Positions 1-9,176 of a DNA stretch of 64,000 nucleotides are shown piece after piece. Positions within the stretch are counted from its first letter, which is position 1; each line of letters starts with the position of its first letter. A program made the translations under genes and the position numbers. This DNA comes from a bacterium (GTDB lineage Bacteria; Oederibacteriota; CAKKQC01), in assembly GCA_919901855.1 (NCBI GenBank), contig CAKKQC010000041.1, positions 5,088 through 69,087 of the forward strand. Reading direction: 5' to 3'. The notes beneath the pieces were generated by a model, which worked only from the letters and a program-made list of their open reading frames with translations, searched no databases and was not told where the DNA came from.

Positions 1-567
1 CGCACGGACCACGTGGACGTCTACCAGATGCACGCGCTCACGACGGAGGAGGACACGGGGACCGCATTCGGCCCCGGCGGCGCGCTCGAGGCGTTCATCG
101 AGGCGAAGGCGGCGGGCCTGACCCGGTTCCTCGGGTTCTCGGCGCACAGCGAGGAAGGGGCGATGCGCGCGATGGAGACCGGCTCGTTCGACACGATCCT
201 GTTCCCGTTCAGCCTCGGGTCGTGGCGCGACGGCCACTTCGGACCGCGCGTGCTCGAAGTGGCGAAGAAGCGGGGCATGGGCCTGCTGGCCCTGAAGGCC
301 CTCGGCAAGCGCGCGCTCAAGGACGGGGAGGCGCGGCCGTGGAAGAAGTGCTGGTACGGCCCAGTCGACACCTACGAGGAGGCGCTGGCCGGCATCCGGT
401 TCACGCTCTCGCTGGGGGTGACCGCCGCGGTCTCGCCGAGCCACATCGAGCTGTTCCGGTGGGCCGTCCGGGCCGCCCGCGAGTTCACGCCCCTGCCCCC
501 CGGCGAGATCCCTGAGTCGCTCCGCGCGGCCGCCGCCTTCTCCCCCATCTTCACCGCATCCCGCTGA
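1..567 (+). CDS. aldo/keto reductase, C-terminal part (5' end is upstream of the window)
   Basis: Frame 1 is open from base 1 (RTDHVDVYQMH, the AKR D-x-V-D-L-Y-Q-x-H region). It is the same frame as track ORF 13..567. The tail resembles the three complete AKR paralogs in this window. Confidence 0.8.
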   Translation, partial: RTDHVDVYQMHALTTEEDTGTAFGPGGALEAFIEAKAAGLTRFLGFSAHSEEGAMRAMETGSFDTILFPFSLGSWRDGHFGPRVLEVAKKRGMGLLALKALGKRALKDGEARPWKKCWYGPVDTYEEALAGIRFTLSLGVTAAVSPSHIELFRWAVRAAREFTPLPPGEIPESLRAAAAFSPIFTASR

Positions 568-578
568 GACCCGCAGCG

Positions 579-2372
579 CTACTTCGGCGCTGAGCCCTCC
601 AGCTTGGCGAGGTCCTCGCAGCCCTTGGCGTCGCCGGCCTCGCATCCCTTGGCCAGCATCTTCTTCCCGACGTCCACCCGGCCGGCCCTGACGTGGAGGG
701 CGCCCAGCCGGGAACAGCCGGCCGCGTAGCCGTCCGTGCACGCGCGCTGGAACAGTTCGGCGGCGAGCGACGGGTTCTTCTCCGCGCCGATGCCGAGCTC
801 GACCAGGAGCCCGAGGTCCGCGCACGACCGGGCCACGCCGCGGTCGCAGGCGCGGCGCAGGAGCGCGACCGCCCGCGCCGCGTCCGGGTTCACGCCCTCG
901 CCCTCGGCGTACCGGGCCCCGAGGAGGGCGCAGCTCACCATGTCGCCGCCCGTGCACGCGCGGTGGTACAGGGCGAGCGCCCGCCCCCAGTCCCGGAGAA
1001 CACCATTGCCCGTCTCGTAGAGCGCCGCCAGGTCGCGGCAGGCGCCCACGTCGCCGCCGTCGCAGGCCCTCGTGTAGAGCGCCGCGGCCTTCGCGGGGTC
1101 CCGGTCCACGCCCAGCCCCGCGTCGAAGACCTCGCCCAGGTTGGCGCATCCCGGAAGGTGGCCCCGGGCGCACGCCTCCTCGAACAGGGTCGCCGCCTGC
1201 GCGAGGTCCGCGGGCACGCCCACGCCGTCGAGGTAGAGGCGCCCCAGCCACGTGCACGCCGCGCCCTCCCCGCCCTCGCAGGCCTCGCGCAGGAGGTCGA
1301 CGGCCTTGCCGAGGTCGCCCGCGTCCGCCCCGTGGATCAGGATCGCGGCCCCGAGGTTCGTGCAGCCCATCGGATCGCCGTCCTCGCACGCCCGGCGGAA
1401 GCACTCGGTCGCGTACGCCGGGTCCGCCTTCACGCCCTCGCCCCGCTCGTACAGCATGCCGAGCCCGGTGCACCCGCTCGCGTCCCCGTCCTCGCACGCC
1501 CGGGTGAACAGCTCGAGAGCCCGGTGGTAATCCCGAGTGACGACCTTGCCCTCGTAGTAGAGGGAGGCCAGCCCCGTGCAGCCCCGCGCCCAGCCGCCCT
1601 CGCAGGCCAGCCGGAACGAGGGCATGGAGCCCTCGGGGTCCGCCGGGCCCCCCAGCCCGAGCAGTCGCATGCGGCCGAGCTCGGCGCACCCCCGCGGCTC
1701 GCCGTGGGCACAGGCCGTCTCATAGAGCGACCGGGCCCGGGCGAGGTCGGCCGGCGCGCCCGACCCGGTCTCACAGCACAGGGCGAGGCTCAGGCATCCC
1801 TCGCCGTAGCCGGTCGCGCAGGAGCGCGTGAAGAGCTTGACCGCCCGCTCCGGGTCCCGGTCCACGCCCTGGCCCGTGAGGTAGAGGTAGCCTAGCAGGG
1901 CCATCGCATGCCCGTTGCCGAGGGCGGCGCCCTTCTTGAGGAGGACGAGCGCCTTCGCGGGGTCCTTGGTCACGCCCTTCCCCTGCATGCGCAGCACCGC
2001 CAGGTTCGCGCACCCGCGCCCCTCGCCCCGGTTGCACGCGCGCCGGAACAGCGAGGCCGCCCGGCCCGTGCCGGTCCTCGTTCCCCGTCCCTCGAGGCAC
2101 AGGGCCGCGAGATCGCAGCACGCCTGCATGTCGCCCAAGTCGCACGCATGGGTGTAGAACGCGACGGCCTTCGCGGGATCCGCCCGCACGCCTTCCCCGT
2201 GGTCGTACTTCCAGCCGAGTTTGCGACAGGAGGACGCCATCCCGTCCGCGCACTCGGCCTCGCACGCGGGCAGGCTGAAACAGGCTCCGGGCGGCGCGGC
2301 ATCGGGGGCGGCGAGGGCGTGGCCGGGCAGGGCCGCCGCGCACAACACGGCGGCCGCGAGCCCGGGGTTCAC
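579..2372 (-). CDS. secreted Sel1-like repeat (SLR) protein, Cys-rich, Hcp-like
   Basis: This is the real part of track ORF 579..3155. The GTG at 2372 overlaps the upstream stop (GTGA). Signal peptide VNPGLAAAVLCAAALPGHALA is followed by roughly 15-16 tandem ~36-aa units of the form C..G....C..LG.LY..G.GV..D...A...F..AC. The ORF-track extension upstream of the GTG is Arg/Gly-rich and overlaps the next gene in another frame. Confidence 0.85.
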   Translation of the reverse strand: MNPGLAAAVLCAAALPGHALAAPDAAPPGACFSLPACEAECADGMASSCRKLGWKYDHGEGVRADPAKAVAFYTHACDLGDMQACCDLAALCLEGRGTRTGTGRAASLFRRACNRGEGRGCANLAVLRMQGKGVTKDPAKALVLLKKGAALGNGHAMALLGYLYLTGQGVDRDPERAVKLFTRSCATGYGEGCLSLALCCETGSGAPADLARARSLYETACAHGEPRGCAELGRMRLLGLGGPADPEGSMPSFRLACEGGWARGCTGLASLYYEGKVVTRDYHRALELFTRACEDGDASGCTGLGMLYERGEGVKADPAYATECFRRACEDGDPMGCTNLGAAILIHGADAGDLGKAVDLLREACEGGEGAACTWLGRLYLDGVGVPADLAQAATLFEEACARGHLPGCANLGEVFDAGLGVDRDPAKAAALYTRACDGGDVGACRDLAALYETGNGVLRDWGRALALYHRACTGGDMVSCALLGARYAEGEGVNPDAARAVALLRRACDRGVARSCADLGLLVELGIGAEKNPSLAAELFQRACTDGYAAGCSRLGALHVRAGRVDVGKKMLAKGCEAGDAKGCEDLAKLEGSAPK

Positions 2373-3184
2373 ATGAAGCCCCGGACGTGCTCCGCCGCCG
2401 CCGCGTATTCGGCTTCGGTCGTCAGATGCTCGAGCATGAGCGGCGTGTCCGGATCCAGCGTCGCGAGGGAGTCGAGGTACGCCCGGAAGTCCAGCCCCCC
2501 GCGGCCGGGTGCCACCTCGGTCAGGTGTACGATCGCCTCGTCGCTCATGGCGACGTCCTTGGCGTGACAGCTCTTGATCCGGTTCCCGAATTGCCCGACG
2601 AAGTCGCGGATGAACCCGCCGGTGTCGGCGAAACGCTCCGCCGAGTTGATCATGTTCACGGGGTCGAAGTGGACTCCGAACGCGGCGCGGTCCACGGCCC
2701 GCAGGAGCCGCGCCTGGCTGGCGGGCGAGTCCGGCGGGACCCAGTACATGCACTCGAGCGTGTAGGCCGCCCGCCGAGGGCGGACGGCATCGACGATCCG
2801 GCGCACGGTCTCGACGATGAGGTCGAAGGTCGCCGCCGAGTAGTTGTCGGGATGCGGTCCGTCCCACTTCGCCGGATGCCGCGACCCCGCGATGTTGACG
2901 CAGCACCGGGCCCCGATCCGCTCCGCGAGGTCGAGCCGGGCGATGCTCAGCTCGACCGCCTTCCGCGCGATCTCGGCGTCCAGGCTGATCGGGTTGCTCC
3001 ATGCCCCGACCTCGGCGATGACGAGACCGGCGGCCGCTGCCGCCTCCGCGTAGGCGCGGACGGTCGGCTCGTCCGCGGTCTCGTCCACGGGACAGTACGT
3101 GGCGGTGTAACCGGCGCGCACGTGGGCTTGCGCCCATTCGCCCGGGTCCTGCCAATCACCGAAGATCGGTCCGCCCAATCTCAT
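2369..3184 (-). CDS. sugar phosphate isomerase/epimerase (xylose isomerase-like TIM barrel)
   Basis: ATG at 3184 (MRLGGPIFG) lies 1 nt after the upstream stop and is preceded by GGTGGTGAG. The sequence resembles the AP-endonuclease-2/xylose-isomerase fold family throughout (CVNIAGS, ECMYW, HFDPVN, CHAKD). Confidence 0.8.
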   Translation of the reverse strand: MRLGGPIFGDWQDPGEWAQAHVRAGYTATYCPVDETADEPTVRAYAEAAAAAGLVIAEVGAWSNPISLDAEIARKAVELSIARLDLAERIGARCCVNIAGSRHPAKWDGPHPDNYSAATFDLIVETVRRIVDAVRPRRAAYTLECMYWVPPDSPASQARLLRAVDRAAFGVHFDPVNMINSAERFADTGGFIRDFVGQFGNRIKSCHAKDVAMSDEAIVHLTEVAPGRGGLDFRAYLDSLATLDPDTPLMLEHLTTEAEYAAAAEHVRGFM

Positions 3185-3185
3185 C

Positions 3186-6100
3186 TCACCACCGATAATA
3201 CCTGTAAGGGTCGTCGCCCAGCACGAAGTCCGTACGGAGGCCGGGCACGTAGAAATCCGGCGGCCCGCCCCCCCCCTCGTCGCCACCCCCGCTTTCCGCG
3301 TCCGGGGGGGCCTGCCGGACGGCGGATTCGGGCCTGGCCGGACGCCCGATCAGCGCCATCCAGGAGTCCTGCCGGGACGCCGGACGCCCGGCGGCCTTCC
3401 GGCCCCAATCGAGGCTCCGCCGGTCCACCTCGAACTCGCCGCCCAGGTTGGCCAGGAGCTGCGCCAGCGTCCGGGTCAGCCGCCACGACGAATAGCGCAG
3501 ATACGTGAGCCGGTCCGCCTCGAGCTGGTCGGGCGTCAACTGGATCAGGATCGCGCTCCCGAAGCGGGAGGTGACGCGGCCGAGGAGGCCGCCCGCCCCG
3601 ACCTCGGGGCCGTCGATGAGCACGGTCGCCGCGACGGGGGCGCGCAGGCGCAGGTCCGACGCCGACAGCCCGCGGCACTCGGGCCAGGCCGGCACGTCGA
3701 GGGACCCCGCGAACCCGGTGGTCCCGGCGGCCCGGAACGCGAACGGCAGGTCGCCGGCGGGACGCGGGAGCAGGAGCAGCCGCCAGCCCGCCGCGAGACG
3801 GCGGTCGAGGTCGACGCGGGTGAGCGGCGCGTCCGCCGCGACCACGAGCAGGCCCGGGGCCCGGTCCGTCCGGAATGTCCGCGTGAACCGCAACCCCACG
3901 TTCCGGAGCAGCGCTTCGCCCGGGGCTCCCCCCAGGTAGACCGTCTGCGCCGCGCGCGGCCGCGCCGGCACCGCCCTGGCATGCTCCAGGAGCCGGGAGG
4001 CCAGCAGGTCCGCCGCAGGCTCGGATCCGACGCGGCCCTCGAGATCGAGCGTGCACCAGATCGCGAGTCCCTCCCCGACGGCCAGCTCCATGAGCGGAGT
4101 GTAGGCGAGGTCGAACTCGGCCTCGAGGATCGGGGTCCAGCCGGACCGGTGGGGCTTCTCGATGGCGGCCGACGTGACACTGCCCCGGTTCCCCCAGTGC
4201 CATCCGTACGGAGGCGATCCTTCGTCTCCCCGATCCAGCGCGACGTCCGCCGTCGCGGGCACGAGGGTGCCCGCCCCCCGCCAGTCGCGCAGCGTCTCGC
4301 CGTCCACGTCCGCCGTGAGACCGGCGAACCCCGGGGACGGCACGGGGAAGGCGCGGCGCGAGACGTGCCGCGCCACCCGGAAGCCGGCGCGGCGTCTTAA
4401 CCATTCGGGGTCCTGCCCCATGAGGATCAGCCGGCCCCCGGTTTCCGCGAAGGCGGCCAGGGAGCCGGGCAGGCGCGTCCCGCGGTCGAGCGCGTGCCGG
4501 CCGACGACGAGGATCCGGCCGGGAGCGTTCCCTCCGTCCCATCGCCGCGTCTTCCATCCCAGCCGCTCGATCCAGTCCTTCGTCGCCCCTTCGGGATCGA
4601 AGAGCAGGACCTCGGGCCGGTCCGCCGGTCGACGGACCGGCGGGAAGACCCGCACCGGGAAGGCGTCCCGGGTGACCTCTCCGCCCGCGCTGATCTCGAG
4701 GAAGATGGTCCCCGAGACCATACCCGCAACCGCCGCCGGCATTTCGAAATCGATCGGGAGGAAGAGCGTCCGGGCCGCCGGAACCGATTCGCCCTTCTTC
4801 CCCCACGCGATCCGGCCGGGCCCGATGTCCACGATCCACGACACCTCGACGCCCGCGGCGGCGGGCCCGTCGTTCGCCATCGCGAGCGTCTTGTGCACGG
4901 TCTCGCCCGCGCCGAAGAGATGGTCCTTCGCCGGCCACGCGTCCTGCGGCCCCGCCAGCCACGCGAGCTGCGGCCGCGAGACCTCGAACAGCGCCCTGCC
5001 GGCCTCGGTCGGCTCCAGCCCGCCCGGCCGGAACCCGAGGCACCCGGCTTTCTTCACCGAGGGCGTCCAGGATCCGGTCCGGCCCGGCTCGGGCGGCGCC
5101 GCGGCGAACGTTCCGCCGGGCCACCGGAATCCGTGCCCCCACTCCCACGGGATCATGCCGCCGGCCATCCCCCAGCCGCGCCAGCTTCGCCACGTCTGGC
5201 GGTTGAACAGCGCCTGGAGCCTCTGGTGCGCGGGGTGGTAGTCGAACTCGTCCCGTCCGCCGCTGACCCAGTCGTACACCTGGTCGTGCCGGAACTTCGC
5301 CGCGATCATGGCCCGGTAGCTCGCGGGCTCCAGCCGGTACGCGTCGGTCCCGAAGTAGATGGCGCAGAACTCGGTCATGAGCGGCTCCGAGACGCGGTTC
5401 TCGCCGTACGCGCACCGGCCCCGCTGGAACGTGCACGAGAGCGGGGTCCCGAACTCGACCGCCATGACCGGCCTGTCCCCGTGCTGCTCCCACGCCGAGA
5501 GCCACTCCTCCCGCTCCTGGAGCGGAATCAGGTCGAGGTAGCAGTTCGCCGCCTGGAAATCCCCCACCGCCCCGCCCTCGTGCGAGGTCAGCGGCCGGGT
5601 GGAGTCGTGCCGCCGGATCGTCTCGATCAGCCGGCGTCCCACCTCGTCCCCGGCGCGCCGGGACGCCATCGCCAGCGTCCTCGAATTCCCGAGGCGAAGC
5701 GGGTTGAGATCGTCCGTGTACCCGAACCGGTTCGCGGTCGAGACCAGGATCACGACTGACGGGTGGTTCCGGATCGTCTTCCACTCCCGGACCATGGCGG
5801 CCTCCCACGCCCCCCACGCCCGGTCCGTCCCGCCGTCCCACCCGATGTACGAGTCGAGCGAGAGCGCCGGGTACATGAGCAGGAGGCCGCGCTCGTCGGC
5901 CGCGTCGGCCCAGAGCTCCCGGAAGTGCACCCGGCCGGGCGTCGCGTGATCGGTCGGCCACAACTCGAGCAGGTTGTACCCGGTCCCGAGCAGGCCCTCG
6001 CTCACCCGGCCGATGCAGTCGCGAGCCCCGGCCACCTCCGCTTCGTCGAGCCAGACGAACGGACGCAGGCGGATCGGATGCTCGTTCAGGAGAAAGTCGC

Positions 6101-7097
6101 GGCCCTCGATCCGGAACTCGCGGAACCCGAACCGGTCGTTGAGTTCGTCCGTGAAGCCCGGGCCCTCGGCCCTGAGCCGCAGCGTGTAGAGGAACGGCCG
6201 GCCCGCCTCCCAGAGGATGGGATCCCGCCACTCCCACTCGAGCCGCACGGTCTGGGCGCTCACGGCCGCCACCGCGGCGTCCCCGGTGAAGACCCGGGCT
6301 GGTTGGCCCGCCGAAGCCGCAGGCTTCGCCGAGGGGTCCGTCTTCGGACCCCGGATCTCGGCCGTGAACCGGACCGTCCCCGCCGCCGCCACGTCGGCCA
6401 GGTCCACCTCGAGGACGAGCGACCTCGCCCGGACCGAGGTCCGGATGAAGACGCCGTCCAGGCGAGCGCCGGCCGGCCGGGATTCCAGGATCACGTCGCC
6501 CGCCAGCCCGCGCGCCTCCACGTCCGCGGCAGTCGAGGACGCGGTCACGAGGAGGCCCAGGGCGGCGGTGCGGCCGGGAAGCACGCGGTCCGTGATGTCC
6601 AGCTCGCCCCCGGGCCACGCGATTCCGCCCGCCTCGACGCCGTCCACGTAGACCGTGGCCTGCGCGGACGGCCGCACGACGCGGAGCACGATCCGGCGGG
6701 ATTTCCACTCCCGGGGCACCGTCACCTCGCGCTCGTAGCGGCCCGCGGCGAGCCCCCGCCAGTCGGGTGCCTCCCACGGGGTGCCCGTCGCCGCCAGCGG
6801 GCCCTCGAGGTTCCACCGGGGCCAGTCCGCGAAGCCCCAGGTACCCGGCACGCGAAGCCAGCCGGATGTGGATGAGCCGGACCGGCCCGCCCGGAATCGC
6901 CACAACCCGTTGAGCACCTTCCGCGCGCGCGCGGGAGCCAGGATCTCGACGGGCGTCAGGGCCCAGGCCGCCTCGGTTGCTGTCCGGAACGCCGTCGCGG
7001 CATCCGGCACGGCGGATTTCGCTCCCAAGCCCTCCGCTGCCGCGCATTCTCCCGCCAGGGCGACGGAGAGCAGGATCAGCGGGACGGCCCGGGTCAT
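3186..7097 (-). CDS. large secreted glycoside-hydrolase-like protein (GH2-type sugar-binding N-terminal region)
   Basis: ATG at 7097 is preceded by GGGGGAGAG. Signal peptide MTRAVPLILLSVALAGECAAA. The N-terminus has the GH2-like jelly-roll pattern (LNGLWRFR..., IVLRVV..ATVYVDGVEAGG). The remaining ~900 aa are not confidently assigned. Confidence 0.75.
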   Translation of the reverse strand: MTRAVPLILLSVALAGECAAAEGLGAKSAVPDAATAFRTATEAAWALTPVEILAPARARKVLNGLWRFRAGRSGSSTSGWLRVPGTWGFADWPRWNLEGPLAATGTPWEAPDWRGLAAGRYEREVTVPREWKSRRIVLRVVRPSAQATVYVDGVEAGGIAWPGGELDITDRVLPGRTAALGLLVTASSTAADVEARGLAGDVILESRPAGARLDGVFIRTSVRARSLVLEVDLADVAAAGTVRFTAEIRGPKTDPSAKPAASAGQPARVFTGDAAVAAVSAQTVRLEWEWRDPILWEAGRPFLYTLRLRAEGPGFTDELNDRFGFREFRIEGRDFLLNEHPIRLRPFVWLDEAEVAGARDCIGRVSEGLLGTGYNLLELWPTDHATPGRVHFRELWADAADERGLLLMYPALSLDSYIGWDGGTDRAWGAWEAAMVREWKTIRNHPSVVILVSTANRFGYTDDLNPLRLGNSRTLAMASRRAGDEVGRRLIETIRRHDSTRPLTSHEGGAVGDFQAANCYLDLIPLQEREEWLSAWEQHGDRPVMAVEFGTPLSCTFQRGRCAYGENRVSEPLMTEFCAIYFGTDAYRLEPASYRAMIAAKFRHDQVYDWVSGGRDEFDYHPAHQRLQALFNRQTWRSWRGWGMAGGMIPWEWGHGFRWPGGTFAAAPPEPGRTGSWTPSVKKAGCLGFRPGGLEPTEAGRALFEVSRPQLAWLAGPQDAWPAKDHLFGAGETVHKTLAMANDGPAAAGVEVSWIVDIGPGRIAWGKKGESVPAARTLFLPIDFEMPAAVAGMVSGTIFLEISAGGEVTRDAFPVRVFPPVRRPADRPEVLLFDPEGATKDWIERLGWKTRRWDGGNAPGRILVVGRHALDRGTRLPGSLAAFAETGGRLILMGQDPEWLRRRAGFRVARHVSRRAFPVPSPGFAGLTADVDGETLRDWRGAGTLVPATADVALDRGDEGSPPYGWHWGNRGSVTSAAIEKPHRSGWTPILEAEFDLAYTPLMELAVGEGLAIWCTLDLEGRVGSEPAADLLASRLLEHARAVPARPRAAQTVYLGGAPGEALLRNVGLRFTRTFRTDRAPGLLVVAADAPLTRVDLDRRLAAGWRLLLLPRPAGDLPFAFRAAGTTGFAGSLDVPAWPECRGLSASDLRLRAPVAATVLIDGPEVGAGGLLGRVTSRFGSAILIQLTPDQLEADRLTYLRYSSWRLTRTLAQLLANLGGEFEVDRRSLDWGRKAAGRPASRQDSWMALIGRPARPESAVRQAPPDAESGGGDEGGGGPPDFYVPGLRTDFVLGDDPYRYYRW

Positions 7098-7110
7098 GGC
7101 TCTCCCCCGG

Positions 7111-9117
7111 TCAACCCCGGACGCGGATCGGCATGACGATGGCCTGGTAGCCGTTGAACAGGAGGGCCTTCTGGATGGAGAGCGCGGTCTGGCTGTGCAG
7201 GAGCGCGCTCGTCCAGGTCTCACGCTCGAAGACCAGCTTGCCGACGAAGAAGACCGTGTCCCGGAACTCGTTCGCGATCTCGGAACAGAGCTCCTCGAGC
7301 GCCTCCAGCCGGTCGACGTTCAGCGCGTACCGGTATTCGGTGTGGAACCCGAGCCGCCGGCCCAGGTCCGCGTACTTCTCGAGGTCGGTCTTCACCGTGT
7401 CCTCGAGATGGTGGAGCGCGTCCACGCCCTTGAACTGGCTCGAGTCGATCGTGCCGACCTCGACGAAGACGACGTTCTTGAAGCGCTCCGGGAACAGCTT
7501 CAGGATCGAGAAGAGCGTGTGGATGCCCAGCCCGTTGTACCCGGACACCATGAGGACCGCGGTCGGCGCGGAGGTGTTTTTGCGCGGCACCCGGTGCTTC
7601 GACGCGGAGAGATGGATCGTCGTGAGGAGGTCGTCGAGCTTCTTGAGCTGGGCCCGCACCCGCCGGTAATGGGTCTTCACGAGCAGGCAGGCGCCGATCA
7701 TGGCTCCCGTGAGCAGGAAGACGGCCCAGGCTCCCTCGCGAATCTTGATGTATGCGGTGAATACCAGGATCGTCAGCGTGATCACGAGGCCGCCGCCGTT
7801 GACGATGAAGGGCCGCAACCACCGCTGGCCGGACCCCCGGACCTGCAGCCAGTGGCGGCACATGCCGAGCTGGGAGAGGGTGAAGGTGATGAACACGTTG
7901 ATCGAGTAGATGATCACCATGACATCCACCCGGGCGTGCGTAACGAAGATCACGGCGGCCGACGTGGCCGCCATGACCACGATCCCGTCCTGGTTCACGA
8001 GCCGGTCCGAGAGGTTCGCGAACCGGCGGGGCGTCCAGGAGTCGGTGGCCATGCTCGCCAGCACCTGCGGGCCGCTGATGAACCCCGCCTGCGCCCCGAC
8101 GATGAGGAGCGCCGCCTCGGAGAGCAGCGCCAGGATCACGGCCGCGTGCCCCAGCGGCATGTTCCACGGGCGCCAGCCCTCCCACAGGTGCTGGAACAGC
8201 ACGGCGTTCATCGTGCGGCCGGGCTGGTGGTGGATCTCGTGCAGGAGGTAACAGATGAGGAGGCCGCCGGCCGTGAACGCGAGCGAGAAGGCCATGTACG
8301 TCATCGTGCCCTTGCCGGTCTCCGCGCGAGGCTCCCGGAGCACCGGAATCCCGTTGCTCACGGCCTCCAGTCCGGTGTAGGTTCCGCCGCCGACCGAGAA
8401 GGCCCGCATCAATATCATGAAGGTGCCGAACAGGCCGACGCCCTGGATCAGGACGTTCGTCTCGTGGGAGCTCTCGTACAGGATGCCACCCGTATCCGTA
8501 CCCCTCATGAGGATGCCCATGAGGATGACCGCCACGTGGGTGACGACGAAGATCAGGAAGATCGGGGTCAGCGTGAGGATGGACTCCTTGAGGCCCCGGA
8601 GGTTGAGGATGAAGAGCAGGAACAGGAGGACGAGGGCGGCCCACATCTTCCAGGGCTGCCAGGCCAGGGGCAGGAGGCTGAAGAACGCGTCCGCGCTGCT
8701 GGCCATCGACACCGAGATCGTGAGCACGTAGTCCACGACGAGCGCCGAGCCGGAGACGAGACCCGCCGAGGTCCCGAGGAACCGGGTGGCCACGAGGTAG
8801 CCGCCGCCCGCCCCCCCGCTCGCGAAGAGCTCGATGATCTGGACGTACGAGGCCGCGATCGCGAAGACCGCGAGCGCCACGAGGCCGACGAGCGGCAGGG
8901 TCAGGCACGTGTTCGGCCCCAGCGCGAGGTAGGCGGCCTCGGGGCCGTAGCACGAGGACGACAGCCCGTCGGCGCCCATCCCGATCCAGGCCAGCACGGC
9001 GACGAGGGAGGTGGTGTGGAAGATCCTGACGTCGAGCGGGTTCTTGGCCGCCCCGATCACGAATTCCTTGATCCGGGTGGCGACCGAACGCTCGGAATCG
9101 CCGCTATGAAGCCCCAT
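7111..9117 (-). CDS. APC-superfamily permease with C-terminal cytoplasmic domain
   Basis: About 12 hydrophobic helices with an APC-like N-terminus (GMGADGLSSSCYGPE), followed by a ~190-aa soluble tail. Coding G+C is lower than in neighbouring genes. Confidence 0.85.
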   Translation of the reverse strand: MGLHSGDSERSVATRIKEFVIGAAKNPLDVRIFHTTSLVAVLAWIGMGADGLSSSCYGPEAAYLALGPNTCLTLPLVGLVALAVFAIAASYVQIIELFASGGAGGGYLVATRFLGTSAGLVSGSALVVDYVLTISVSMASSADAFFSLLPLAWQPWKMWAALVLLFLLFILNLRGLKESILTLTPIFLIFVVTHVAVILMGILMRGTDTGGILYESSHETNVLIQGVGLFGTFMILMRAFSVGGGTYTGLEAVSNGIPVLREPRAETGKGTMTYMAFSLAFTAGGLLICYLLHEIHHQPGRTMNAVLFQHLWEGWRPWNMPLGHAAVILALLSEAALLIVGAQAGFISGPQVLASMATDSWTPRRFANLSDRLVNQDGIVVMAATSAAVIFVTHARVDVMVIIYSINVFITFTLSQLGMCRHWLQVRGSGQRWLRPFIVNGGGLVITLTILVFTAYIKIREGAWAVFLLTGAMIGACLLVKTHYRRVRAQLKKLDDLLTTIHLSASKHRVPRKNTSAPTAVLMVSGYNGLGIHTLFSILKLFPERFKNVVFVEVGTIDSSQFKGVDALHHLEDTVKTDLEKYADLGRRLGFHTEYRYALNVDRLEALEELCSEIANEFRDTVFFVGKLVFERETWTSALLHSQTALSIQKALLFNGYQAIVMPIRVRG

Positions 9118-9176
9118 ATTGATTGAGAACCCTATGCCTCCCGGGGGGGGCTGTCAAGGGGCCGTGGATAAAGCCT

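Noticed and set aside
579-2372. The ~108-bp periodicity as a CRISPR array or non-coding tandem repeat.
   Set aside because: The repeats are diverged, lie in one long ORF, and encode Sel1-type units with conserved Cys and Gly positions. There is no repeat-spacer structure.
579-3155. Reading 579..3155 as one 858-aa protein, and likewise 16230..20852 as 1540 aa, 9177..11096, 13058..15235, 42105..44393, 46553..48412 and 56582..58180 as full-length genes.
   Set aside because: The N-terminal extensions are low-complexity and overlap the well-supported upstream gene in another frame. Internal ATG/GTG starts with signal peptides, SD sites or 4-nt overlaps give family-typical N-termini.
3181-7047. 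Very long alternative-frame and antisense ORFs: 3181..7047(-) 1288 aa, 693..1895(+), 6781..9126(+), 7220..8953(-), 17687..20059(+), 17832..20780(-), 29795..34219(-), 31117..34620(+), 32870..36916(+), 55066..56880(-) and similar.
   Set aside because: They are extremely Arg/Pro/Gly/Ala-rich with no recognisable motifs. Each fully overlaps a gene with clear family signatures in another frame. This is the classic high-G+C shadow-ORF behaviour.
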